Source: a virus (lineage: Duplodnaviria; Heunggongvirae; Uroviricota; Caudoviricetes). From it: 64,000 nt of DNA. Location: positions 64,001 through 128,000 of the IMG/VR virus record IMGVR_UViG_3300033549_000065, one strand, 5' to 3'. The notes beneath the pieces are model-generated. The model did not search any database. It was given only the letters and a program-made list of their open reading frames with translations, and was not told the origin of the DNA. Made by a program: the position numbers and the translations under genes. Below are positions 28,395-37,364 of this stretch, one piece after another (the first letter of the stretch is position 1; every line of letters begins with the position of its first letter).

Positions 28395-31186
28395 TGAGTA
28401 ATTCAGCTTTACGGGGTGCGGGTGCTTCTAAGACTTATGTTCTTGATACATTTAAAAAGTTTCATGGGATTACTACAAGGCCAGTAGGGGTTTCTAATCC
28501 ATTACCAACATATATAACATCTACAACACCGACTGTAACAACAGCCACAAATAATATAACATATTACTATCAAGGTACAAAAACGACTGTAAACACAGAC
28601 AAAACTTTTGTATTAGATGATGGAAGTGCTGGATTATATTTTGTATATTTCAGTGGTTCTACAGGTAATATATTAGCAACAAAGGTACATCCGGGACTTA
28701 CGGCTACTTCGAATCCAATAATCGCAACAATATATTGGAATGGTACAGACTACGGATTAGTACAAGACGAACGACATGCTTACGACAGAAATCAAGAATG
28801 GCATAATTGGGCGCATTACAGTATTGGGACAAGATATAGTAGTGGTGTTACACTAACTCATAATGGTGGAACTGGTGCTGGTGCAACTTTTGCAACAACC
28901 GCTGGTGAAATTTATGATGAAGACATTCAGTTTGCCGTTCCTGCTTCTAGTGCTTTCCCAACCGCTAATGCGTGTAGATTATGGTGGCAGACAGGCGCAA
29001 GTACATATGCTTTTGATAGTACACCTTTTGCTGTACCTTTTAAAGTAGGAGCAAATAACAGGCCTACTTATATTAAAAGTTCAGATTATTCGGTTGTTGA
29101 AATGACAAGTGCTACAAATAGATTTATAAACTTTTTTGTATATGTTACGACTGATTTACATACTCCGATTTATATTTTTGCAGAAAGCGTTACAGATACA
29201 GTAGCAAGTGATAACGGTCATAGAGACACAAAAAAAGCTAGAGCAGTTCCGTTTCCAAATTTATCAACATTTGGTTTAACACCTGAAATAAAAGCAATTT
29301 ATAGATTAATAGTTCGTGCTGATGGCGTTTTGCAAGCAATTGACACTACGCAAGATGATTACAGAACTGCTTCTTCACTGCCTATGGCTGCTGGAAATAC
29401 TGCTACAACTGCTGCTGGTGTATCTTATAGCCCTACAGCTCCTTGGACAGCAAATACTGTTCAAACTGCTCTTGATGATGCTCAAACAGAGATTGCAGGA
29501 AAATTAGATACAACAACTGCTGCTTCAACTTATGTTGAGTTAGCAGGAGATACAATGACAGGTTCGTTAACTGCTCCTACGTTTATTTCAACTACACCAA
29601 CGGGCGTAGCGCCATTTGCGATTTCAAGTGAAACAATGGTTGAAAATTTGAATTCTGATTTATTGGATGATTATGAAGCACATCAATTACAAGGTTTTGA
29701 TATGCCGATTAATCAATACGAACAGCAGAATACAAAATTAATTGACCTTTGCACCAATGCAAATTATACGACAGGCGCTGGAACACAGTCAGCTGATGGC
29801 ACTAATTACAAAGTACAAGAACCTCTTGGTACAGGTGGATTAAAGATATTGGAGAATGATAATACAGCAGGAATATTATATTCTACACATAATAATATTC
29901 CTGCACTAAATTTGAGTGTTTTTAATGATGGTTCAGCAAGCAGTTCTACAGTAGATTATATCTATATGGTGTTATATATTTCAGATGTTACTAAAGTTGA
30001 TACTGCTGAAGGAATAATCATATCGTTAGGTAAAGATGCTGTATATAGTTCTTCTAATAGGGTTTACTCTACAATAAAAACTGGTCTTGTAACAGGATGG
30101 AACTTTATAAAGATTGCAAAAAGTAGTTTTAATATTTTGGGCACTGGGGCTTGGAATGACATCCAATCCATTAGATTATACTGGCATTCTCTCGAAAATT
30201 CTCAAAATGCCTATGTAACATTCAATCTAATTCAGTTAATCAGAAAAGACCCATCAACAGCTACACCTAACCCATTCCAACGTAATGGAGTTGCAGATTT
30301 CACTATCAATAGTGGTGAATGGTTTGTTGGATTGGAGAGCGGAGTTGTAGTTTGTAGAAACTTAAGTCCGACCAGCACATCAAGTGCATTATCTAATGTT
30401 AAACCTTATACGAATTTCAAAGCAACTACAACTATAAAAGCTTTAGTAATACAGCAAGCTTTTGGATTAACTTATAGGATAGACTCTAGTAATTATATTA
30501 TTTGCGAGATAGTTGCTGATATTTTATATATACAATATAATGCTTCAGGTGGTGGAGTGACAAATGTTACTACTGCTATGACTGTTGCTATAAATGATAT
30601 TATACGTTTTGAGTTAGAAAGAAATGGAACTTACATAATTTTGAAAGCTTATAAAAACAACTCTAGTATACCTGTTACATTAAGTGCCATTATGACATTA
30701 TCTACCGCTGTTGGATATATCACAATACCTAGTGCTATTGCTTCTTGCGATAATATACAAGCATTATCCATTACTACCACAGAATATGCACAAAATTCAG
30801 GATTTGCAAAGATAGCAAAGAACGTAGAAAACAAAAACGCAGCATGGACACCTACGGTAACTTGGACAACAGGAACACCCGAAGGCTCAGTCGCACAAAC
30901 AGCAAGATATACCACAATAGGTAATATCTGTTATGGTAACTATAGTTATACCGCCACAGATGGGAATGGTGCAACAGCGTTGACAATAACACTTCCTGTT
31001 ACACCAAAAGATAACAATGCTATTATCGCATGTGCAGCACAACAGAAACAGAACGCCACATGGACAGACCCGTTAGCTTACATTGATGATGATGCGGCTA
31101 CACCTGTTATAGCTTTTAGAAATTTGGCTACAATGACGGATGGTGAAGCAGTAGAGGTTATTGTTACATTCCAGTATGAGGTATAA
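28394..31186 (+). CDS. Putative tail fibre / receptor-binding protein
   Basis: 930 aa Thr/Ser/Ala-rich; LNSDLLD fibre motif; several beta-sandwich-like segments. Confidence 0.65.
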   Translation: MSNSALRGAGASKTYVLDTFKKFHGITTRPVGVSNPLPTYITSTTPTVTTATNNITYYYQGTKTTVNTDKTFVLDDGSAGLYFVYFSGSTGNILATKVHPGLTATSNPIIATIYWNGTDYGLVQDERHAYDRNQEWHNWAHYSIGTRYSSGVTLTHNGGTGAGATFATTAGEIYDEDIQFAVPASSAFPTANACRLWWQTGASTYAFDSTPFAVPFKVGANNRPTYIKSSDYSVVEMTSATNRFINFFVYVTTDLHTPIYIFAESVTDTVASDNGHRDTKKARAVPFPNLSTFGLTPEIKAIYRLIVRADGVLQAIDTTQDDYRTASSLPMAAGNTATTAAGVSYSPTAPWTANTVQTALDDAQTEIAGKLDTTTAASTYVELAGDTMTGSLTAPTFISTTPTGVAPFAISSETMVENLNSDLLDDYEAHQLQGFDMPINQYEQQNTKLIDLCTNANYTTGAGTQSADGTNYKVQEPLGTGGLKILENDNTAGILYSTHNNIPALNLSVFNDGSASSSTVDYIYMVLYISDVTKVDTAEGIIISLGKDAVYSSSNRVYSTIKTGLVTGWNFIKIAKSSFNILGTGAWNDIQSIRLYWHSLENSQNAYVTFNLIQLIRKDPSTATPNPFQRNGVADFTINSGEWFVGLESGVVVCRNLSPTSTSSALSNVKPYTNFKATTTIKALVIQQAFGLTYRIDSSNYIICEIVADILYIQYNASGGGVTNVTTAMTVAINDIIRFELERNGTYIILKAYKNNSSIPVTLSAIMTLSTAVGYITIPSAIASCDNIQALSITTTEYAQNSGFAKIAKNVENKNAAWTPTVTWTTGTPEGSVAQTARYTTIGNICYGNYSYTATDGNGATALTITLPVTPKDNNAIIACAAQQKQNATWTDPLAYIDDDAATPVIAFRNLATMTDGEAVEVIVTFQYEV

Positions 31187-31227
31187 AACATAATAATAGT
31201 TAATTTAAAAGAACTTTTAAATAAAAT

Positions 31228-31262
31228 GAGGCATTATAGATTTTTCTATGATGCCTTTTTTT
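31228..31262 (+). terminator. Probable intrinsic terminator
   Basis: AGGCATTATAG / CTATGATGCCT imperfect stem plus T-run; boundaries approximate. Confidence 0.6.
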
Positions 31263-31268
31263 ATTTGT

Positions 31269-31336
31269 ATATTTAAATATTCAAAAAATTTTCATCATAT
31301 TTAAATATGGAATTTTTTATTTACATATTTAAATAT
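31269..31336. promoter_or_regulatory. Triple box, 28 bp period
   Basis: Perfect ATATTTAAATAT at 31269, 31297, 31325. Confidence 0.85.
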
Positions 31337-31358
31337 TAAATAATTGGAGGAAAAGGAA

Positions 31359-31817
31359 ATGGCAAAAAAGGAAAATAAGGAAATTGAAAAAATGGAAACT
31401 GAAGATTTCAAAGAAATGGTAGAAGCAATACATGAAAAGGTAACAGAAATCAAAGAAATTAAGAAAGAAGAAGAATCAGAGAAGGAAATTAAAGTTAAAG
31501 AAAACGAGATTTTACTTCCAACAGGTGTTGTTAAGTTAAAGCCAACTAAACTCAAATATTTTAAAAATGGTTTTTATAATAACTTTATGCTTGTTAAAAC
31601 GATGGGTATTAATGAAATTTTAAGGTATGATGATGGTGAGAGTGTATTATACGACTATCTTTGTGCTGCATTAGATATTGAAAAGAAGGAGATTACTTAT
31701 TTTGATGATTTAAGAACTGATACCATTTTTGAGTTAATTGAAAAGATGAACAAAATTAACAATATTAAAGATTCAGATTTTTTAAATCAGATGATAAGTC
31801 AGGAGGTGAAGGTATAA
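31359..31817 (+). CDS. Tail assembly chaperone (gpG-like)
   Basis: ATG 31359 after SD GGAGG; slippery TTTTTTA near the 3' end leads into the next ORF. Confidence 0.75.
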   Translation: MAKKENKEIEKMETEDFKEMVEAIHEKVTEIKEIKKEEESEKEIKVKENEILLPTGVVKLKPTKLKYFKNGFYNNFMLVKTMGINEILRYDDGESVLYDYLCAALDIEKKEITYFDDLRTDTIFELIEKMNKINNIKDSDFLNQMISQEVKV

Positions 31818-32104
31818 CATTGCAGAGGGGTTCTGCAATGATTGGCTTATACTGTGGTTATAGAGAGCTTGAGATTGATGATATGAGTTATAATTTTTAT
31901 AGAGATTTAATTGCGGAGATTGCTATAATGCTTCAGTATAAATCTGTAGTACATATTCTTGGGAGAGATTATGCAGATGAAAGTGTCTTTGAATATGTTA
32001 ATAAGTGCAATCCATTTATGGTTAATTTAAAAGAAGATGAACCGAAAAAGCATAAGAAACTTACTATGAAAGAGCTACAAGGTTCTGGATTATTAAAGAC
32101 TTAA
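31778..32104 (+). CDS. -1 frame extension of the chaperone (gpGT-like; ORF track 31820-32104)
   Basis: T-TTT-TTA at 31778-31784; the -1 frame is open from the slip site to the stop at 32104. Confidence 0.75.
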   Translation, partial: FFKSDDKSGGEGITLQRGSAMIGLYCGYRELEIDDMSYNFYRDLIAEIAIMLQYKSVVHILGRDYADESVFEYVNKCNPFMVNLKEDEPKKHKKLTMKELQGSGLLKT

Positions 32105-32298
32105 GTTTCCTCTGTATTTTTTTTCTTATGATTTAAATAAAGGCTTTCTATAAGCCTTGCAACACATTTATGTCTGCTTTTTTTAGCATACTTTTTCATT
32201 GAATTTAAAATATCCTTATCAAGAGTAGTATTAAATCTTACAACTTCTCTTGGTTTGGATATTTTTTTTCGATTTTTTTCACAATTCACACATATCAC
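32101..32298 (-). CDS. Small ribbon-helix-helix-like regulator, antisense to the late genes
   Basis: VRFNTTLDKDILNSMKKYAK...VARLIESL beta-alpha-alpha pattern; own promoter upstream. Confidence 0.55.
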   Translation of the reverse strand: MICVNCEKNRKKISKPREVVRFNTTLDKDILNSMKKYAKKSRHKCVARLIESLYLNHKKKNTEET

Positions 32299-32311
32299 AT
32301 CCTTTTAAGAA

Positions 32312-32341
32312 ATTATAACACAAAAAAAATATATAAGTAAA
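32312..32341 (-). promoter_or_regulatory. sigmaA extended -10 promoter for the antisense gene
   Basis: On the - strand: TTTACT, 18 bp spacer, TGT-TATAAT. Confidence 0.55.
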
Positions 32342-32378
32342 TACGCATAAATTTTAGAAAAATATAGGAGGAATTAAA

Positions 32379-32840
32379 ATGGCAATTACAAGTTTTTGGT
32401 TTGGGAAAGCTATTATAAATGCTTTTGGAGGCGAAACTGCTGGTGAAAGTATAGCAATTGATTATTTAAGCGACACGATTAAAGTCGCTCTTTTTACATC
32501 TTCGGCTACTATGGCTCAAGACACTACAGAATTTTACGGAGATTTATCAGATGAAGTTTCAGACTCAGGCACAAATTATACGACAGGTGGAGCAGTTTTA
32601 GGTTCAAAAACGTTAGGATATACTGCTTTGACCAATGTTGTCAAATTTAGTGGAGCAAATACTACATGGGCAAGTAGTACGATTACGGCTCGTTATGCTG
32701 TATTATATGCAGACTCAGGCGACCCTTCTACAAGTCCAGTACTTGGTTATGTTGATTTTGGGCAGGACTACACTAGCTCAAGTGGTGATTTTACTATCTC
32801 TTGGAGTGCAGATGGAATATTAACGGTGACTTGTTCGTAG
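32379..32840 (+). CDS. Conserved phage structural protein (153 aa)
   Basis: DTIKVAL...YT.GG..L...W...TITARYAV.Y pattern seen in phage tail/collar modules; strong SD. Confidence 0.6.
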   Translation: MAITSFWFGKAIINAFGGETAGESIAIDYLSDTIKVALFTSSATMAQDTTEFYGDLSDEVSDSGTNYTTGGAVLGSKTLGYTALTNVVKFSGANTTWASSTITARYAVLYADSGDPSTSPVLGYVDFGQDYTSSSGDFTISWSADGILTVTCS

Positions 32841-32878
32841 TTACCAGCCAAATTTCAAAGAAAGGAGGTTGGTAAATT

Positions 32879-35800
32879 ATGGCAAGTAGATATTGGGTAG
32901 GAAATGGTGGAAATTGGAGTGACAACGCAAATCATTGGGCTTCTACAAGCGGAGGAGCGCCCGGAGCTAGTAAACCAACTGCTTCTGACACAGTTTATTT
33001 TAATGCCAGTTCATTCAGTTCGGCAACTCAGACTGTTATACTAGATGAAGATGCAAATTGCCTTAGTATGATATGGACAGGAGTGACAAACACTCCTACT
33101 TTATATATAGGAGACGGAAGAACATTAAGCATAAATGGGACTGCTTGTACATTTATAGCAAATATGAATGTTACAATGGGCGCATCGACTATTGCAATGA
33201 ATGTAACAGCTACATTTGCAGGAGTCAGCAAAACAACTTATAATTCTTTAGAAATAAAAGACAATGCCGTAGTAACGATTACAGGTTCTAATACTTTTCA
33301 ATTATTAAAAATTAATGCAGGAGGAACTTGTAAAGTTACATCAGCTACAACTCAAACAATTACAGGTTTACAGTGTAGTGGAAATAGTAGTGTAGAAAAG
33401 GCATCTTTACAAGCTGTAACTGCTGGAAATGCCTTTTATTTAACTAAAGCACCAGATTCTGGTAGTATAACAATTGAGTATGCATCAATTAAAGATTGTT
33501 ATGCCAGTGTCGGAACGACATGGACAGCTAATAAATCAATAGATGCCACAGGAAATACAAATTGGATTATAAATGCATTAGAATCTAAACGTTATTGGGG
33601 TGGTGGAACTGGAACTTGGAATTCAACATCTACTACTAATTGGTTTGAAAGCGATAGAGTAACAAATGCATTAGTTCCAACAGCATTAGATGATGTAATA
33701 TTTGATGAAAATAGTTTTACTACTTCTTTACAAGAGGTAACTATAAAGGCAGATGTGTATTGTAATAATTTAGATTTTACAGGAGTAACTAATAATCCAA
33801 ATTTAAATTTTTTTTATGATTATATAGATTTATCTGTGTCAGGAAATGTAACATTAATTTCAAATATGACAACGGAAATTAGTTACAGTACGTTTATGAT
33901 AAGAATGTTAGGTGATAATAAAACATTTAACGGAGCAGGGAAAGAATTTCCGATATTATCTGTTGAGGGAACTCCTATAACCATAGTTGGAAATAATTCT
34001 TTTTTTGAATTAAGGTTAGCTAGTGATTCTGCAAAGACTGTGAATTTTACATCTGGTTCTACACAAACTATTACTCGTTTAGGTGTTTTGGGTACGAGTG
34101 GTAATGTTATATCGTTACGTTCCACTTCTGAAGGTTCTTTTTATAATATTGATTGTGTTATAAAAGTTACGTTTAACTATTGTAGTATAAAAGATTGTTA
34201 TAACATCGGTGAAAGTCAGTTTACAGCGTATAATAGTACTGATGTAAGTGGCAATAGTGGAATTACATTTTCTGCTGGAAGCCCTACATTTGGAGGATTT
34301 TATTTTGTACAATCAAAAGGTTCAAATTTTTTAAATAAATTAAGATACTTTGCTAGTGTTTCAGGAGGGGTTGGAGATAAATTAACTGAACCTACAGAAA
34401 CAGATGATGTATTTATAGATGAAAATTCTCTTTATGAAAATATAACAACTATGTATATTATGTCTGATAATAATTTTTATTGTAAAAATTTTGACTGTAC
34501 AGGATTGCAATATACAATAACTTCTATAACTACAGTTGGTAATGCTTTATATTGTTATGGCGATTTTATTGGAAATTCAAATTTAGTTAAAATAGCTGCT
34601 ATTAGCGCTTACTTTTATATGAAAGCTACAACATCGGGTCATAAGTTCACTACAAATGGAACAATATTTGAATATGTGAGATTTGATGGAATTGGAGGAG
34701 AATGGACTCTACAAGATAATATAAATGATTATACTGATGCATCATATATATATTTCATAAATGGTACAGTGAATACTAATGATAAAAATGTTTCAGTAAA
34801 AACAACAATCAATGTAGCAGCAGGAGCAACATTAAACTTAGGAAATAGTACAATTCAGGCATCAAATTATATTGTAAATTCAGCATCTACGATTAATGCA
34901 GAAACATCAAAATTAATAATGAGGTCAACAACGACAGCGACTTTCAATGGAGGAGGACAAAGATACTATGACCTAGAAATAAATACTACAACAGCTACGA
35001 TTGTAGGAGATAATATTTTTAGGGATATAAAAATAGCTTCAGGTAAAACAGTTAAATTTACAGCAGGCTCAAACACTACCGTTTCATCATTATCTGGAAC
35101 AGGTGTAAGTGGTAGTTTAGTAACAATAAAATCTACAGTAGATGGTTCATATTATACCATAACATCAACATCAGCAGAAATTGAAGCAAATTGGTATTCT
35201 ATAAGGGATTGCCACGCCACAGGTGGAGCGACATTTTATGCGTATGACAGCACAGATGTAAGTGGTAATACTGGGTGGAATTTTAACACAGGCAGATATT
35301 GGGTAGGCAATAGCGGAAATTGGACTGATGATTATTGGTCTTTAACTTCTGGTGGAGCTGCCGGAGCAAGTAAACCAACAAAATATGAAAATGTTTATTT
35401 TGATGCAAATTCATTTAATGGTGTCGGACAAACTATCGCACTTATAGGAAATATAGAGTGTAGGAAACTAGATTTTACAGGTGTTGCAAACAATCCAACT
35501 TTACTCATGTATGCAGCTACGCTGTTTCAGATATATGGTAGTTTAACGCTCGTAGCTGGTATGACAGTAGATAATACAGGTTACACGGGTTATATAGATT
35601 TTGAATCCTTAATTAGAGGTAGAACAATAACGACTGGTGGAAAAACTTTACCAGATTTGGCTTTCAGTGGTTTAGGTGGAAGTTACACTTTGCAAGATGA
35701 TTTAACGTGTGGTGATTTTTATATTTGGTGTGGTGATATTGACACAAACGATAAAACTATAAACTGTATTGATTTTACCGCTGATGATACACAAAGTAGA

Positions 35801-36967
35801 TTGCTTACATTAGGTGCATCTGCTATTAATGTAAGCGGTAATTGGGATGTTACAGGAAATACTAATTTAATTTTAGATTGTGGAACATCAACAATTACTA
35901 TGACAGGAAATACAAAAACCTTTGATGGCAATGGAAAAACCTTTTATAAGGTTGAATTACAAGGTACTCCAACAATTGTTGCTGGTGACAATATAATTTC
36001 GGAATTAAAATTAACCGCTGATAAGACAACTCAATTTACGGCAGACAGTATTCAAACAATTGGAACATTATCTGGTAATGGCACGGATGGTCATTTAATA
36101 ATAATGGAATCGACTTCTAGTGGCAATGAGTGGTATATTACTTCTCATACTGCTTTAAACAGTGTTGATTATTATTCAATAAAAGACAGTACGGTTATAG
36201 GAGAAGGCTTATTTCAAGCAGTGGATTCAACTGATGTTAGCGGTAATACTGGGTGGGAATTTCTTTTTGTGCCTCCTGTTAATGCAGTTGTTGGAACTGC
36301 TATTGCTGAAGGTATTAGTCCAAGTATTACCGCTGCTATTGGTATTACTGTTAATGCAGTTGTTGGAAACTGTACTGCCGATGGAATAGCGCCAACAGTA
36401 GAAACAACAAGCGGAGGAAATGTGACAGTTGAAACTACCGTCGGTGAAGCTACTGCCGATGGAGTAATACCCGTTATTGGAACGGGAATGACCGTTATTT
36501 GCGTTGTTGGGACTGCTACAGCAGAAGGTACGACTCATACAATTACAACCTCTATAATCCTTACTGCGGTAACAGGAAACGCTATTGCGGTATTTCCTTT
36601 ACCTTCTATGGATTCAGATGCTACTATTTCTGCTATTGCTTGTCAAGCTACCGCTGATGGTATAGTACCAACAGTAATATTAAATATTAACTTAATTCCT
36701 ACTGAAGCGAACGCTTCAGCCTTATTCATAGAGCCTAGTTTAGAATCAGGAGTTACTTTAGCGATTACAAGCATTGGAGAGGCAATTGCGGGTATGCCGA
36801 CTACGGGTATGGAAATATGGACAGGTAAATTTTATCAATGTTGGGTGTCTGGTACAGAAAGAGATATTAAATTTACAGAATCGGAACGAGAAGTAACATT
36901 GTTAGAAGAAGAGAGAGACTTAACTATAACATTATTATCAATATCAAAGAATGAAGTGGTGATTTAA
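32879..36967 (+). CDS. Large repetitive adhesin / fibre-like structural protein
   Basis: 1362 aa; four modules beginning RYW.G..G.W....W...SGG..GA..PT..D.V.FD.NS; C-terminal AVVG.A.A.G..P repeats. Confidence 0.7.
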   Translation: MASRYWVGNGGNWSDNANHWASTSGGAPGASKPTASDTVYFNASSFSSATQTVILDEDANCLSMIWTGVTNTPTLYIGDGRTLSINGTACTFIANMNVTMGASTIAMNVTATFAGVSKTTYNSLEIKDNAVVTITGSNTFQLLKINAGGTCKVTSATTQTITGLQCSGNSSVEKASLQAVTAGNAFYLTKAPDSGSITIEYASIKDCYASVGTTWTANKSIDATGNTNWIINALESKRYWGGGTGTWNSTSTTNWFESDRVTNALVPTALDDVIFDENSFTTSLQEVTIKADVYCNNLDFTGVTNNPNLNFFYDYIDLSVSGNVTLISNMTTEISYSTFMIRMLGDNKTFNGAGKEFPILSVEGTPITIVGNNSFFELRLASDSAKTVNFTSGSTQTITRLGVLGTSGNVISLRSTSEGSFYNIDCVIKVTFNYCSIKDCYNIGESQFTAYNSTDVSGNSGITFSAGSPTFGGFYFVQSKGSNFLNKLRYFASVSGGVGDKLTEPTETDDVFIDENSLYENITTMYIMSDNNFYCKNFDCTGLQYTITSITTVGNALYCYGDFIGNSNLVKIAAISAYFYMKATTSGHKFTTNGTIFEYVRFDGIGGEWTLQDNINDYTDASYIYFINGTVNTNDKNVSVKTTINVAAGATLNLGNSTIQASNYIVNSASTINAETSKLIMRSTTTATFNGGGQRYYDLEINTTTATIVGDNIFRDIKIASGKTVKFTAGSNTTVSSLSGTGVSGSLVTIKSTVDGSYYTITSTSAEIEANWYSIRDCHATGGATFYAYDSTDVSGNTGWNFNTGRYWVGNSGNWTDDYWSLTSGGAAGASKPTKYENVYFDANSFNGVGQTIALIGNIECRKLDFTGVANNPTLLMYAATLFQIYGSLTLVAGMTVDNTGYTGYIDFESLIRGRTITTGGKTLPDLAFSGLGGSYTLQDDLTCGDFYIWCGDIDTNDKTINCIDFTADDTQSRLLTLGASAINVSGNWDVTGNTNLILDCGTSTITMTGNTKTFDGNGKTFYKVELQGTPTIVAGDNIISELKLTADKTTQFTADSIQTIGTLSGNGTDGHLIIMESTSSGNEWYITSHTALNSVDYYSIKDSTVIGEGLFQAVDSTDVSGNTGWEFLFVPPVNAVVGTAIAEGISPSITAAIGITVNAVVGNCTADGIAPTVETTSGGNVTVETTVGEATADGVIPVIGTGMTVICVVGTATAEGTTHTITTSIILTAVTGNAIAVFPLPSMDSDATISAIACQATADGIVPTVILNINLIPTEANASALFIEPSLESGVTLAITSIGEAIAGMPTTGMEIWTGKFYQCWVSGTERDIKFTESEREVTLLEEERDLTITLLSISKNEVVI

Positions 36968-37248
36968 TGGCTATTATAACGAATACAGTAAGACTAAGAG
37001 CAGAATTCAAAACATTTGCTGGTGAATTCTCAAATCCAACATCAATCACTTTTAAAGTATATAATAAGCAACGCGTACAAGTTGGTACAACAGTTGATAT
37101 AACTGCTGATGATAGAATATCAACAGGTATTTATGAGTATGATTATACAATTCCAACGGGTTATACAGAATTGACTTATGAATTTTCTGGTTTATTAGAA
37201 GGTAAATATATTACAGGTAGAAGTACGATTGATTGTGATTGGACATAA
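36967..37248 (+). CDS. Small Ig-like (BppU N-terminal-like) structural protein
   Basis: 93 aa, STGIYEYDYTIP motif; coupled to the upstream gene. Confidence 0.5.
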   Translation: MAIITNTVRLRAEFKTFAGEFSNPTSITFKVYNKQRVQVGTTVDITADDRISTGIYEYDYTIPTGYTELTYEFSGLLEGKYITGRSTIDCDWT

Positions 37249-37255
37249 AATTTTA

Positions 37256-37295
37256 ATATTTAAATATGAAAGAAAATTTTTGTGTATTTAAATAT
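37256..37295. promoter_or_regulatory. Double box, 28 bp period, upstream of tape measure
   Basis: ATATTTAAATAT at 37256, GTATTTAAATAT at 37284. Confidence 0.8.
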
Positions 37296-37308
37296 ATTAA
37301 TAAAAATT

Positions 37309-37335
37309 GGGCGGCTTAAGAGCTGCCCTTTTTTT
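37309..37335 (+). terminator. Intrinsic terminator
   Basis: GGGCGGC-TTAAGA-GCTGCCC plus T7. Confidence 0.75.
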
Positions 37336-37364
37336 GTTTATTTTGGAGAAAAGGGAGTGTATGT

